This document shows, piece after piece, positions 21,270 through 30,449 of a stretch of DNA of 64,000 nt. The position numbers and the translations under genes are program-made. The stretch's first letter is position 1. The number at the start of each line of letters is the position of its first letter. The stretch comes from Alphaproteobacteria bacterium (GTDB lineage Bacteria > Pseudomonadota > Alphaproteobacteria > UBA7887): positions 2,848,001-2,912,000 of the forward strand of contig CBDCGL010000011.1 in the NCBI GenBank assembly GCA_965216755.1, written 5' to 3'. The notes under the pieces are model-generated. The model was not told the DNA's origin, did not search any database, and saw nothing but the letters and a program-made list of their open reading frames with translations.

Positions 21270-22730
21270 TCAGGTCGCCAGGATCGCCGGATACCAGGCT
21301 AGGCCTACCAAGAGGCTGCCCAGCACACCGGGCAGCAAAGGCATCCAGCGGCGATTCTTGGCCACGTCTTGACGGGCGAGCAGTTGGCTGGCGAGCCGCG
21401 CACTCCAGGCGCCGCTCAGCACCAGCAAGCCGACCTTGAGCGCGCGAATGGCATCATCGCCAAGGCCCAGCGCGGCGAGGCCAGAAAACAGGTCGCCACC
21501 GAGACCGAGCAGCAACGACACCATGGCGATGGGCAGAAACTGATAGCCGAGTTCAACAAAGCGTTGGCGCGCACCACCGCTGCCGCCGGCGCGACCCGAC
21601 AACCACGCGGCCAGTGCCGTGACACCGCCAAGCACGACAACCGCGGCGACCGTCCAGGCAAGCATATAACCGGTGATCAAGAAGAAATCGAACCAGCGAA
21701 ACACCTCGCGCGCCTCGGGATAGACCGCCATCAACCAAATCGGCCCAGCCTCACCGAGCCAGTACCAGCCGCGTTCGATGATCCAATTGCCGAGGGCCAT
21801 GCGCAGGCTTTGGTAGGACTCAAGAACCAGCCACATAAATCCGCCTAGGGCCGTGCCGGTGCCAATGAACAGAAACAGCACTTCCGCCAGATTGGCGTTG
21901 TGGTCGCGGACATTGGCGACCTCGGTGCCGGGCGCACGCAGTTTCAGATACAAACCGCCCTTGGCTTGCGGGCTTACGCAGCGGAAACATTCGATGCAGT
22001 GGCGCGACTCGGTCTTACGATCCAGGTCGATCATGGTCGGGCAGGCGGTGCGTTCAGTCCATGCATCGCCGCCAGACCGTGGCCGCTTCGGATGAAAATC
22101 GACGGCGCCGATGCGCGAGTACACACCGAGCAACAGGCCGATCGGGCACATGTGGCGACACCATGCACGCTTGCTGCGCCCGTAAAGCAAGCCAAGCCCC
22201 ACCGCGGCGACCAACACCGCGCCAAAGACAATGGCCATAGCCGGGGCGTGATCACGGGCCCCGGCGGTCTGTGCCCATATTGTGACGATAACGAAGCTGA
22301 CAATCGGCGTCCCCGGCCATTGCACCCAAGCCGGAATGGCGCGCCGCAAGCCGCGTGCGTTGGCCCACTCGGACGCCGCGCCCATGGGGCATAGCAGCCC
22401 ACACCAGCTGCGGCCGGTGACAATCACCGACAGAAACACCAACGGGAACCACACCGTCCACATGGCGACATTAGCGAACACAGCGATATGGTCCAGTGGG
22501 CCGTCGCCGCTGGCCGGCGTTTCAAACGCCAGCGGGACAAACAGCAGCCCCATAAACAGGGCGAACATGCCGATGTGGACCAGCGTCAGCCAATCCCGGT
22601 AGGCGACAAAGAACCTTTCGATCCGCGCCGCCAAGCCCGGCCACAAGCCATCCCGTCGAAGGGCCGTCGGCAAACGACCCACCTTCGCAACAGGCTGTAC
22701 AGCAATGGTTCTTGCGGCTTCCGCGGCCAC
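21270..22730 (-). CDS. membrane polyferredoxin, FtrD/NapH-like 4Fe-4S protein
   Basis: GRSWCGLLCPMG, WCRHMCPIG, CPT and CIECFRC motifs; multiple TM helices; adjacent to the P19 gene. Confidence 0.88.
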   Translation of the reverse strand: MAAEAARTIAVQPVAKVGRLPTALRRDGLWPGLAARIERFFVAYRDWLTLVHIGMFALFMGLLFVPLAFETPASGDGPLDHIAVFANVAMWTVWFPLVFLSVIVTGRSWCGLLCPMGAASEWANARGLRRAIPAWVQWPGTPIVSFVIVTIWAQTAGARDHAPAMAIVFGAVLVAAVGLGLLYGRSKRAWCRHMCPIGLLLGVYSRIGAVDFHPKRPRSGGDAWTERTACPTMIDLDRKTESRHCIECFRCVSPQAKGGLYLKLRAPGTEVANVRDHNANLAEVLFLFIGTGTALGGFMWLVLESYQSLRMALGNWIIERGWYWLGEAGPIWLMAVYPEAREVFRWFDFFLITGYMLAWTVAAVVVLGGVTALAAWLSGRAGGSGGARQRFVELGYQFLPIAMVSLLLGLGGDLFSGLAALGLGDDAIRALKVGLLVLSGAWSARLASQLLARQDVAKNRRWMPLLPGVLGSLLVGLAWYPAILAT

Positions 22731-22766
22731 CGACTTCGCTCCTCACCCGCCTTGTCGACGTGCTAC

Positions 22767-22781
22767 TGATAACCATTCGCA
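22767..22781. promoter_or_regulatory. Fur-box-like operator
   Basis: TGATAACCATTCGCA matches the 7-1-7 consensus TGATAATnATTATCA at 11 of 14 positions, about 40 bp upstream of the iron-uptake genes. Confidence 0.7.
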
Positions 22782-22956
22782 TCTTTTCTACGACTGAGTC
22801 AAGCATCCCTGCCATGACGCAGGTTAAGGCGAACCGGATGAAGTTCGCGTTTGGCGGCTCCGTTGGCGACCCGATTTCACCGCCAGATCATCAAATACAC
22901 ATGATCAAGTGGTCAAGAAACATAGGTGCGCAATATGTAGCGTATTTAGTAAACTG

Positions 22957-23844
22957 TCACCAAAATTCCCGAAATTCAGCGGGCCGAAAGCCGAACGCGT
23001 CGGCGTCACGCACGAAATAACACGGGCTGGGTGATACAAAATGGGCCGGCGCCATCAGCGTGTCGGTATCGGCATAGCGTTCAATCAACCCGCGCCGAGT
23101 CTCAGCCGACAGCGCTTTGTCTTCGCACGCCACGCATGACCAGTCGGGCCGTTTGAGCTGGATCGGATGGTGGATGCTGTCGCCCAACAGCACCGCCGAT
23201 TGGTTTCCGGAACGCAAGTGAACAACCATGTTGCCAGGCGTATGACCCGGCGCCGGTTCCAGCCAGATACCGTCTTCGATCTGATGGTCGCCGTCGACAA
23301 ACACGGCCCGCCCCGCCTCGACCACCGGCAGCACGCTGTCGGCAAACGCGACTTGCCGCGGGCCGGTCGGATCGTCGCGATATCTCTGTTCCCAAAAGGC
23401 GTATTCCTGCCGGCCGATGATGTATTTGGCATTGGCAAAGGTGGGCATCCAGCGTCCGTCAACGCGGCGGGTATTCCAGCCAATGTGATCGGCATGCAGG
23501 TGGGTGCACATGACGAAGTCGATGCGGTCCGGCGCGACGCCCATGGCGGCCAAATCGTCAAGATACGTGCCCTGGCGTCGATGCCAAGCCGGCCTGTTGG
23601 GCCGTTCCTTGTCATTGCCGATGCAGCTGTCGATCATGATCGTGTGCCGGCCGGTGCGCACGATATATGATTGAAAACAAAACATCAGTTTGCCTGTCGC
23701 CGGATCAAGATGGTGCGGTTTAAGCCATCCGGCATGGGCGTCCAGCACATCGGACTCGGCGTCTGGAAAGAACCGGTTGGGATCCATGAACGGCTCTTCC
23801 AATTCGATCAGCGAACTGAGCGTGAAATCGTTGATGCGGTACAT
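22957..23844 (-). CDS. MBL-fold metallohydrolase (lactonase/YtnP-like)
   Basis: THLHADHIGWN, PGHTPG, GDSIHHP and PAHF motifs. Confidence 0.9.
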   Translation of the reverse strand: MYRINDFTLSSLIELEEPFMDPNRFFPDAESDVLDAHAGWLKPHHLDPATGKLMFCFQSYIVRTGRHTIMIDSCIGNDKERPNRPAWHRRQGTYLDDLAAMGVAPDRIDFVMCTHLHADHIGWNTRRVDGRWMPTFANAKYIIGRQEYAFWEQRYRDDPTGPRQVAFADSVLPVVEAGRAVFVDGDHQIEDGIWLEPAPGHTPGNMVVHLRSGNQSAVLLGDSIHHPIQLKRPDWSCVACEDKALSAETRRGLIERYADTDTLMAPAHFVSPSPCYFVRDADAFGFRPAEFREFW

Positions 23845-23898
23845 GCGCCCTGGCCCGCCCCCCTAGTCTGGGACGCTTGTTAACATCTGAGGTTCCAA

Positions 23899-24053
23899 AT
23901 GTTCATTGGTTTCCAGTAATGAACATATCCGTTCATTAGCGCCCTGTACGACTTAACGTGCTCGAATTGCGATGATTAGGTTGCGATGGGGAGCGAAACA
24001 TGCTGCCAATTAAAATTTAAGGGCCTATCTTTTCATTAGTATTCGCCAATGAA
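23899..24053. promoter_or_regulatory. two copies of the palindrome TTCATT-N10-AATGAA (candidate operator)
   Basis: Copies at 23902-23923 (extends to ATGTTCATT/AATGAACAT) and 24032-24053, plus an extra half-site at 23932-23937, in AT-rich DNA upstream of the Fic gene. Confidence 0.6.
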
Positions 24054-24065
24054 CGGATCCTTACA

Positions 24066-25253
24066 TTGAACGCACCGGGCTCACACAACTTCGACGCACG
24101 CCGGGGACGGTATGAGATTACCGCGATCGGTGGGGAAAAAGTGCGGGCGTTCGTGCCACCGCCATTGCCGCCCAGCCCGCCCATCGACCTTAATCCATTT
24201 GCACAGCTGATCGAGCAGGCAAATCGCGCACTCGGACGGCTAGAGGGGGTCGCCGCCACCCTCCCCGATGCGCAGCTATTCTTGTACATGTACGTCCGCA
24301 AGGAAGCCTTGCTTTCGTCCCAGATTGAGGGCACGCAGTCATCGCTTTCCGATTTATTGCTGTTTGAGACGTTACATGAGCCCGAATCCGCGTCGCACGA
24401 TGTCGTCGATGTTTCAAGATATGTCGCGGCTATGAATTACGGCCTCGCACGGCTGGAGAACAATTTACCACTCTCGCTGCGGCTCCTTCGGGAGGTCCAT
24501 GGCGTCCTTCTCTCCGAAGGCCGAGGCAGCGAAAAAACGCCCGGCGAATTTCGGCGTAGCCAAAATTGGATCGGTGGCAGCCGGCCGAGTGCGGCACTCT
24601 ATGTGCCACCGCCTCATCACCTCGTGATTGAATGCCTCGGCGACTTAGAGCGCTTCATGCACGCAGACACCGCACCGATGCCCTTGTTGGTCAAAGCTGG
24701 ATTGGTCCACGTGCAATTCGAATCGATACATCCTTTCTTGGATGGGAATGGTCGTCTCGGCCGTTTGCTCATCACGTTGATGCTGTGCGCGGAGGGCGTC
24801 CTCTCAGACCCTCTGTTGTATCTGAGTCTTTATTTCAAAACCCACCGCGACCGCTACTATGCGTTGTTGCAAAGGGTCCGTGAGCACGGCGATTGGGAAA
24901 GCTGGGTCGAGTTTTTTCTCACGGGGGTCAGAGACACATCTAATCAGGCCGCCGACACGGCGCGACGCATCCTGGGACTTTTTGCCCATCATCGCGATTT
25001 GATCCAAACGTTGGGACGACCGGCGCCCTCCGCACTCCGCGCGCATGACTACTTGCAGAAAAGCCCGCTGACCACGATTCCGAACATGGTTCGAGACCTC
25101 GGCATCACACATCCGACAGCAACCCGTTCGCTTGAAAACCTCCAAGAACTTGGCATTGTTCGTGAGATTTCGGGTCGCTCGCGGTTTCGCATTTACGCCT
25201 ATACCGAGTATCTCGCCATTCTCAACGAAGGGGCCGAACCACTACCTAGGTAG
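24066..25253 (+). CDS. Fic-family protein (N-terminal inhibitory motif, C-terminal HTH)
   Basis: HPFLDGNGRLGR Fic motif, SSQIEG inhibitory motif and C-terminal winged-HTH-like segment (LGITHPTATRSLENLQELGIV); TTG start. Confidence 0.93.
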   Translation: MNAPGSHNFDARRGRYEITAIGGEKVRAFVPPPLPPSPPIDLNPFAQLIEQANRALGRLEGVAATLPDAQLFLYMYVRKEALLSSQIEGTQSSLSDLLLFETLHEPESASHDVVDVSRYVAAMNYGLARLENNLPLSLRLLREVHGVLLSEGRGSEKTPGEFRRSQNWIGGSRPSAALYVPPPHHLVIECLGDLERFMHADTAPMPLLVKAGLVHVQFESIHPFLDGNGRLGRLLITLMLCAEGVLSDPLLYLSLYFKTHRDRYYALLQRVREHGDWESWVEFFLTGVRDTSNQAADTARRILGLFAHHRDLIQTLGRPAPSALRAHDYLQKSPLTTIPNMVRDLGITHPTATRSLENLQELGIVREISGRSRFRIYAYTEYLAILNEGAEPLPR

Positions 25254-25265
25254 CATATCGTCAAC

Positions 25266-25886
25266 TCATTGCAGCGCGCGGGCGAAATATTGGCGGATAT
25301 TGGCCTCCATGGCACGGTCGAAGTCCTTGATCAAGGCTTCCACCAACTCGAACATGACCTTCTCGCGCTCGTGCAGATTCAATCCCTCGGGATAGGTTCG
25401 GCCGCGTTTGACCGTGGTTTCGACCGAAGCCCGCCCGATACCGCGGGTGTCGATCAGGGCGATGGTGACCGCCATGGTCGCGTCGAACCGGCCCGCCTGT
25501 TCGGTGGTAAAGGCGCTGCGAAAATCCTCGTTCGTGGCCAAGCGTTCTTCGACGATGGCGGCATCGGTGATGGTCATCCGCACGGCACCGGTATCGCCGA
25601 CCGGCCGAATCCGATCCTCCGCCCATTGCCGGAGCGCCGCCTCAGGCGAAAGTGGCGCCAGATGTTCGACATGCGGATCTCTTAGCGGCGGCTGATATTC
25701 CGTGATGACTTCAAGGCCGCGGCTATCCAGCTCGAACGGCGCCACATGGGTGAAACGCACGTCCGGATAGACCTGATCCGGCGGCAGATCCGCGCAACCG
25801 GCGACAACCGATAGCGCCGCCACCATGGCAGCAACCAGGCCAAGCCGTCCGTCAACTCGATCGCGCGCCGGCAATCGATCCCTCAT
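25266..25886 (-). CDS. hypothetical lipoprotein
   Basis: Lipobox VAGC followed by a soluble domain (PHVEHLAP...WAEDR); directly downstream of hslO. Start uncertain. Confidence 0.7.
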   Translation of the reverse strand: MRDRLPARDRVDGRLGLVAAMVAALSVVAGCADLPPDQVYPDVRFTHVAPFELDSRGLEVITEYQPPLRDPHVEHLAPLSPEAALRQWAEDRIRPVGDTGAVRMTITDAAIVEERLATNEDFRSAFTTEQAGRFDATMAVTIALIDTRGIGRASVETTVKRGRTYPEGLNLHEREKVMFELVEALIKDFDRAMEANIRQYFARALQ

Positions 25887-26766
25887 CAAATGCATAAACC
25901 GCATTGCAGAACTCACAGGTGACAGTAATTTGCCCATCAATCGACAGCTCAGCAACCTCGGCGGCGGGCAAGGATTCCAAGATCGTGCGCGCGCGCTGGT
26001 CCGAACACGGACAGGAAAAGCGCACCTCGTCGGGCCGAAATATTGCCAGGTTGCCGGCGCCGAACAGTCGATCCAACAAAGTGACAGGGCTGAGCGACGG
26101 CGACGTCAGTTCGTCGGTCTTGACGGTTTCAACAAAGTGAACGGCGTGCTCCCAGGAATCGTCGTCCCACGCCGGCGGCCGCTCGGCGCCGCCCGTGTCC
26201 GGCTGTTGTTGGATCAACACGCACCCGGCCCGCCAACCCGCTTCGTTACCGTTCGCGGCCCGACTCACGCCGACCCGAAGCGACGCGCGAATCTGCTCGG
26301 ATTGACGAAAATAGGCCGCCATCGCGTCGTCGAGATTGTTGCCTTCCAAGCCAACGATGCCCTGATAGCGCTCTGAATCGGCGCCTTGATCGACGGTCAT
26401 GGCCATGTGCCCGTCGCCAACCAAAGCCCACGGCGTTGTCACCCGGTCGTGGGCCGCGACCTGGGCGGCATCGAAACTGGCGGTCCCGCGCATTCCGCCG
26501 CCGGTACGGTAATCGGCAACCAGCATGCGCACCGGCCCATTGCCCTGCACCTGGGCGATAAAACGCCCGTCGAATTTGAGTGTTGCCGCCAACGCCGCCG
26601 TCACGGTCACCAATTCACCCAGCAACACGGACACCGGATGGGGATAGTCATGTTGACGAAGAATCTGATCGATCGAAGTCCCAAGCCGCACAACGCGTCC
26701 AACCAGATTCAAGCTGTCAACCTTGAACCGGTAAATCAGATCGTCGGCGAGTGCAAAAGACGCCAT
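25852..26766 (-). CDS. hslO: Hsp33 redox-regulated chaperone
   Basis: GRVVRL, YQGIVGL, YFRQSEQI and CPC...CEFC zinc motif. Confidence 0.94.
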   Translation of the reverse strand: MASFALADDLIYRFKVDSLNLVGRVVRLGTSIDQILRQHDYPHPVSVLLGELVTVTAALAATLKFDGRFIAQVQGNGPVRMLVADYRTGGGMRGTASFDAAQVAAHDRVTTPWALVGDGHMAMTVDQGADSERYQGIVGLEGNNLDDAMAAYFRQSEQIRASLRVGVSRAANGNEAGWRAGCVLIQQQPDTGGAERPPAWDDDSWEHAVHFVETVKTDELTSPSLSPVTLLDRLFGAGNLAIFRPDEVRFSCPCSDQRARTILESLPAAEVAELSIDGQITVTCEFCNAVYAFDEGSIAGARSS

Positions 26767-26825
26767 GATCGAAAGGTCGTCGCTCCGGCGCCTGGCTTCA
26801 AGATCCTTGTTGGTCGGGCGGCGAC

Positions 26826-27758
26826 TCAAGGCACCCACTGTTGGGGCACCCGGTCAAGACACCAGGATAGAATCGACTTCTGCGACGGCAGCCGATTGGC
26901 GGCCTCGTCCCAAACCGCGGATTGGGGGCCGTCGATGACATCGGCCGTGACTTCTTCGCCGCGATGCGCCGGCAAGCAATGCAGAAAAATGGCATCTGAC
27001 TTCGCCCGCGCCATCAAGGCCGCGTCGACCTGAAAAGGCGTCAATTGCCGCCGCGCGTCGTCAGACTCGGGATCGCCCATCGACACCCAGGTGTCGGTCA
27101 CGACGCAATCGGCGCCCAGCACGGCGTTGGCCGGATCGTCCAGGACGGCGATATCGGCGCCCTGAGCACGCGCCCAATCGAGCGCGTCCGCGGCCGGTTG
27201 ACGCTCTGTCGGACACGCCAGACGTAGCGCGAAATCAAGCTGCGCCGCCGCATGGATCCACGAATTGGCGACGTTGTTGCCATCGCCACACCAGGCTACC
27301 GTTTGTCCGGCGATCGGGCCGCGATGTTCCTCGACGGTCATAACGTCGGCCATCAACTGGCAGGGATGGCTGGCATCGGTCAGGCCGTTGATCACCGGCA
27401 CGGTTGCGTATTTTGCAAACTCGATCAATGTCGCGTGACGATTGGCACGCACTAATATGGCGTCGACATAGTTGGACAAGACACGCGCCGTGTCCGGCAC
27501 GGTTTCGCCCCGCCCGAGCTGGGTTTCACTGGGCGTGAGCGTGATCGCATGGCCACCGAGGTGGATCATCGCCACCTCGAACGAGGTGCGGGTCCGTGTC
27601 GATGGTTTCTCGAAGATCATCGCCAACGCCCGCCCGCCCAGCAAAGTTGCGTTGGCGGCGCGACCAGCGGCCTTTATTTGCTTGGCGCGCTCCAAGATCT
27701 CGCGCACGGTGGCGCCGGTCAGCAGATGCAAGTCGAGAAATTGGCGCTCAGTGCTCAT
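26826..27758 (-). CDS. argF: ornithine carbamoyltransferase
   Basis: FEKPSTRTR, HPCQ, TDTWVSMG and FLHCLPAHRGEE motifs. Confidence 0.97.
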   Translation of the reverse strand: MSTERQFLDLHLLTGATVREILERAKQIKAAGRAANATLLGGRALAMIFEKPSTRTRTSFEVAMIHLGGHAITLTPSETQLGRGETVPDTARVLSNYVDAILVRANRHATLIEFAKYATVPVINGLTDASHPCQLMADVMTVEEHRGPIAGQTVAWCGDGNNVANSWIHAAAQLDFALRLACPTERQPAADALDWARAQGADIAVLDDPANAVLGADCVVTDTWVSMGDPESDDARRQLTPFQVDAALMARAKSDAIFLHCLPAHRGEEVTADVIDGPQSAVWDEAANRLPSQKSILSWCLDRVPQQWVP

Positions 27759-28924
27759 GGCGCGACGGCGCGGCACGCATCGTCCAGCGCCGTTGTCGCT
27801 TCTTCAATATGCTCGGGTCCGATGATCAATGGCGGCAAGAAGCGCATTTGATTGCCGCCCGCCGCCACGGTCAAAACATGGCGGGCGCGCATGGCATCGA
27901 CCAAAGCAGCGTTGGGCACCACGCACTTCATGCCCACCATCATGCCACGACCCTCGACGCTTTCGATGACACTGGGATGCGCGGCGGCGACCGCGCGGGT
28001 GCGTTCATGCAAGATCGCGGCATTGCGTTGCACCGATTCCAAGGCGCCATCCGCGAGCAGGATATCGAGCATGGCGTTGCCGCAGGCCGCGGCCAAGGCG
28101 TTGCCGCCGAAGGTCGAACCATGGGTGCCCGGCACCATGCCGGCCGCGGCCTTTTCGGTGGCCAATACAGCGCCCATCGGAAAGCCGCCGCCCAGGCCCT
28201 TGGCCAAGGCCATGATGTCGGGAGCGACACCATCCCATTGATGGGCAAACAGTTTGCCGGTACGGCCAATACCGCATTGCACTTCGTCGTAAATCAACAT
28301 CAAGCCAAATTCATCGGCGATCGCGCGCAGATCGCGCAGGAAACCGTCCGGTGCCGGCCGCACGCCACCTTCGCCCTGTACCGGCTCGACCAAAATCGCC
28401 GCGGTCTGGTCGCCGATCGCGGCGCGGACCTCGTTGGTATTGCCAAACGCGACATGATCGAAGCCGTCGACCGTCGGCCCAAATCCCTCGCGCGCCTTCG
28501 GATTGTCGCCGGCCGCGATCGTTGCCAAAGTCCGGCCGTGAAAGGCGCCCGAAAACGCGATCACCCGGTAGCGCTCGGGCGCGCCGTTGTGGAAATGATA
28601 GCGGCGCGCAGTTTTGATCGCGCCTTCCATGGCTTCGGCGCCAGAATTGCAGAAAAACACCCGCTCGGCGAAACAGTTGTCGGCCAAACGTTGGGCCAGG
28701 CGTTCCTGACCCGGGATGCGGTACAAGTTGGAAGTGTGCCACAGCTTCGCCGCTTGCTCATTGAGCGCGGCAACCATCTGCGGATGACCGTGACCGACTG
28801 AGGTGACGGCGATACCGCCGACAAAATCCAAATAGCGCTCGCCGTCGGGTGTAAACAGATATGGGCCATCGCCGGAATCGAACGCAATGTCGAGCCGCGC
28901 GTATGTGGGCATGACCGCTGACAT
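27755..28924 (-). CDS. argD: acetylornithine aminotransferase
   Basis: NSGAEA, FHGRT, EPVQGEGG, DEVQCGIGRTG, AKGLGGG and HGSTFGGN motifs; coupled to argF. Confidence 0.95.
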   Translation of the reverse strand: MSAVMPTYARLDIAFDSGDGPYLFTPDGERYLDFVGGIAVTSVGHGHPQMVAALNEQAAKLWHTSNLYRIPGQERLAQRLADNCFAERVFFCNSGAEAMEGAIKTARRYHFHNGAPERYRVIAFSGAFHGRTLATIAAGDNPKAREGFGPTVDGFDHVAFGNTNEVRAAIGDQTAAILVEPVQGEGGVRPAPDGFLRDLRAIADEFGLMLIYDEVQCGIGRTGKLFAHQWDGVAPDIMALAKGLGGGFPMGAVLATEKAAAGMVPGTHGSTFGGNALAAACGNAMLDILLADGALESVQRNAAILHERTRAVAAAHPSVIESVEGRGMMVGMKCVVPNAALVDAMRARHVLTVAAGGNQMRFLPPLIIGPEHIEEATTALDDACRAVAP

Positions 28925-29032
28925 GAATGCTTCTCCCGCGATCGGGCCGCCACAACGGGGACGGCCCTGGGCGCCGGTTCCCTGTGTCCAACAAAATCCG
29001 GAACCGCCGCCACAGTCAATAAGAAGCGCGCG

Positions 29033-29061
29033 AGTATCGGGTCCGGGGCAAGCCTTGTCAA
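29033..29061 (-). promoter_or_regulatory. sigma70-like promoter of argD-argF-hslO
   Basis: Minus strand reads TTGACA-N17-GATACT, about 110 bp upstream of the argD ATG. Confidence 0.65.
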
Positions 29062-29099
29062 CGACCGCGGCGTCCACGCCGCGCGGCGCCATTTCCGTG

Positions 29100-29972
29100 T
29101 CAATCCTTGAGCTTATATCCCGTCGCAATCATGCGCTGACAGGCCCCCCACAGCGCGGCGTTCAAGGCCAGCATGACAATGACGCCGACCACGACCGAAC
29201 CGTCACTGCGGCCGATAAAGCCATAGCGAAAGCCATCGATCATGTAAAAAAACGGGTTGAACTGGCTGACCGTGTGCCAGATGCCTGGCAAGCGTTCAAC
29301 CGAATAGAAGGTGCCTGATAGAAACGCCAAGGGGGTAATGACAAAATTGGTGATCGCCGCGGTCTGATCGAACTTCTCCGCCCAAATCCCAGTCATTAGA
29401 CCGATGGTCGACAGCATCACCGACGCAGCCGCCGCGAAAAATACGATCGCGCCGATGTCCGCCAGCCGCATGGGCACAAAGAAAGACACCGCGCCGCCGA
29501 CCGCGAGACCGACCAGAACACCACGCGTGGCGCCGCCCATCACCCACCCGAACATCAGTTCCGCTGGGCTCAGGGGTGGCATCAAGACGTCCACGATACT
29601 GCCCTGAACTTTGCCGATGCTGATGGTCGAGGATGTGTTGGCGAAGCTGTTTTGCACCATCGCCATCATGATCAAACCGGGGGCCAGGAATTGGGTAAAC
29701 GGAACCTCGCCGACCATCCGTGTCGCGCCGCCCAGCGCCAATGAGAAAATCGTCAAAAACAGCAGCGTGGTCACGGTCGGCGCCAATACGGTCTGTGACG
29801 CCACCTTCATGAACCGTTGGACTTCCTTGACATACAGCGTCCACACGCCGCGCCAATTGACGATGCCGAATTGGCGTGGTTGCGGAATGCCGCGCGGCGG
29901 CACGCGCGTCAAGGTTTCGCTGGCGGCCATGAGGCGTTCGCCACCGGCGGAGGTCCGTTCTGGTGCGTTCAT
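29100..29972 (-). CDS. ABC-2 type transporter permease (YadH-like)
   Basis: KEVQRF, FLAPGLIMM, PLAFLSGTFY and NPFFYMIDGFRYGF motifs. Start uncertain (29972 or 29930). Confidence 0.9.
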   Translation of the reverse strand: MNAPERTSAGGERLMAASETLTRVPPRGIPQPRQFGIVNWRGVWTLYVKEVQRFMKVASQTVLAPTVTTLLFLTIFSLALGGATRMVGEVPFTQFLAPGLIMMAMVQNSFANTSSTISIGKVQGSIVDVLMPPLSPAELMFGWVMGGATRGVLVGLAVGGAVSFFVPMRLADIGAIVFFAAAASVMLSTIGLMTGIWAEKFDQTAAITNFVITPLAFLSGTFYSVERLPGIWHTVSQFNPFFYMIDGFRYGFIGRSDGSVVVGVIVMLALNAALWGACQRMIATGYKLKD

Positions 29973-30099
29973 GACCGGCGCAGCCTGCCGCAATCGAACG
30001 ATTGTGTCGAGACGGCAGTTGCCAGCCGCTTTAAAATGTGCCGCCAAACGCCCATAACTGACCGTGAGATAGGATTGAACGGATTAGGAACGACGCCAA

Positions 30100-30444
30100 A
30101 TGGTGACCATTTATCACAATCCGCGCTGCAGCAAATCTCGGCAGACTCTGGCCTTGTTGCAGGATCGCAATATCGACCCGGAAATCATCGAATATCTCAA
30201 GACGCCGCCAAGCAAAGCCGAGCTGAAAAAGATTCTCGCCATGCTCAACCTGAAACCGCGCGATCTGATGCGAATCAAAGAACAGGCCTACAAGGACAAT
30301 AACCTGGCCGACCCGTCGCTGAGCGACGACGCTTTGATCAGCGCCATGGTAGAAAATCCGGTGTTGATCGAACGCCCCGTGGTGGTCACCAACGGCAAAG
30401 CGGCGGTGGGTCGCCCGCCCGAGGCCGTGTTGGAAATCTTATAA
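30100..30444 (+). CDS. arsC: ArsC-family arsenate reductase (glutaredoxin type)
   Basis: TIYHNPRCSKSR, LIERPVV and GRPPE motifs; no ars operon around it. Confidence 0.88.
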   Translation: MVTIYHNPRCSKSRQTLALLQDRNIDPEIIEYLKTPPSKAELKKILAMLNLKPRDLMRIKEQAYKDNNLADPSLSDDALISAMVENPVLIERPVVVTNGKAAVGRPPEAVLEIL

Positions 30445-30449
30445 CCCGC

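Noticed and set aside
25242-25253. Perfect 12-bp palindrome CTACCTAGGTAG at the Fic stop codon
   Set aside because: Single, loopless and with no matching copy at the other island boundary; cannot be distinguished from chance.
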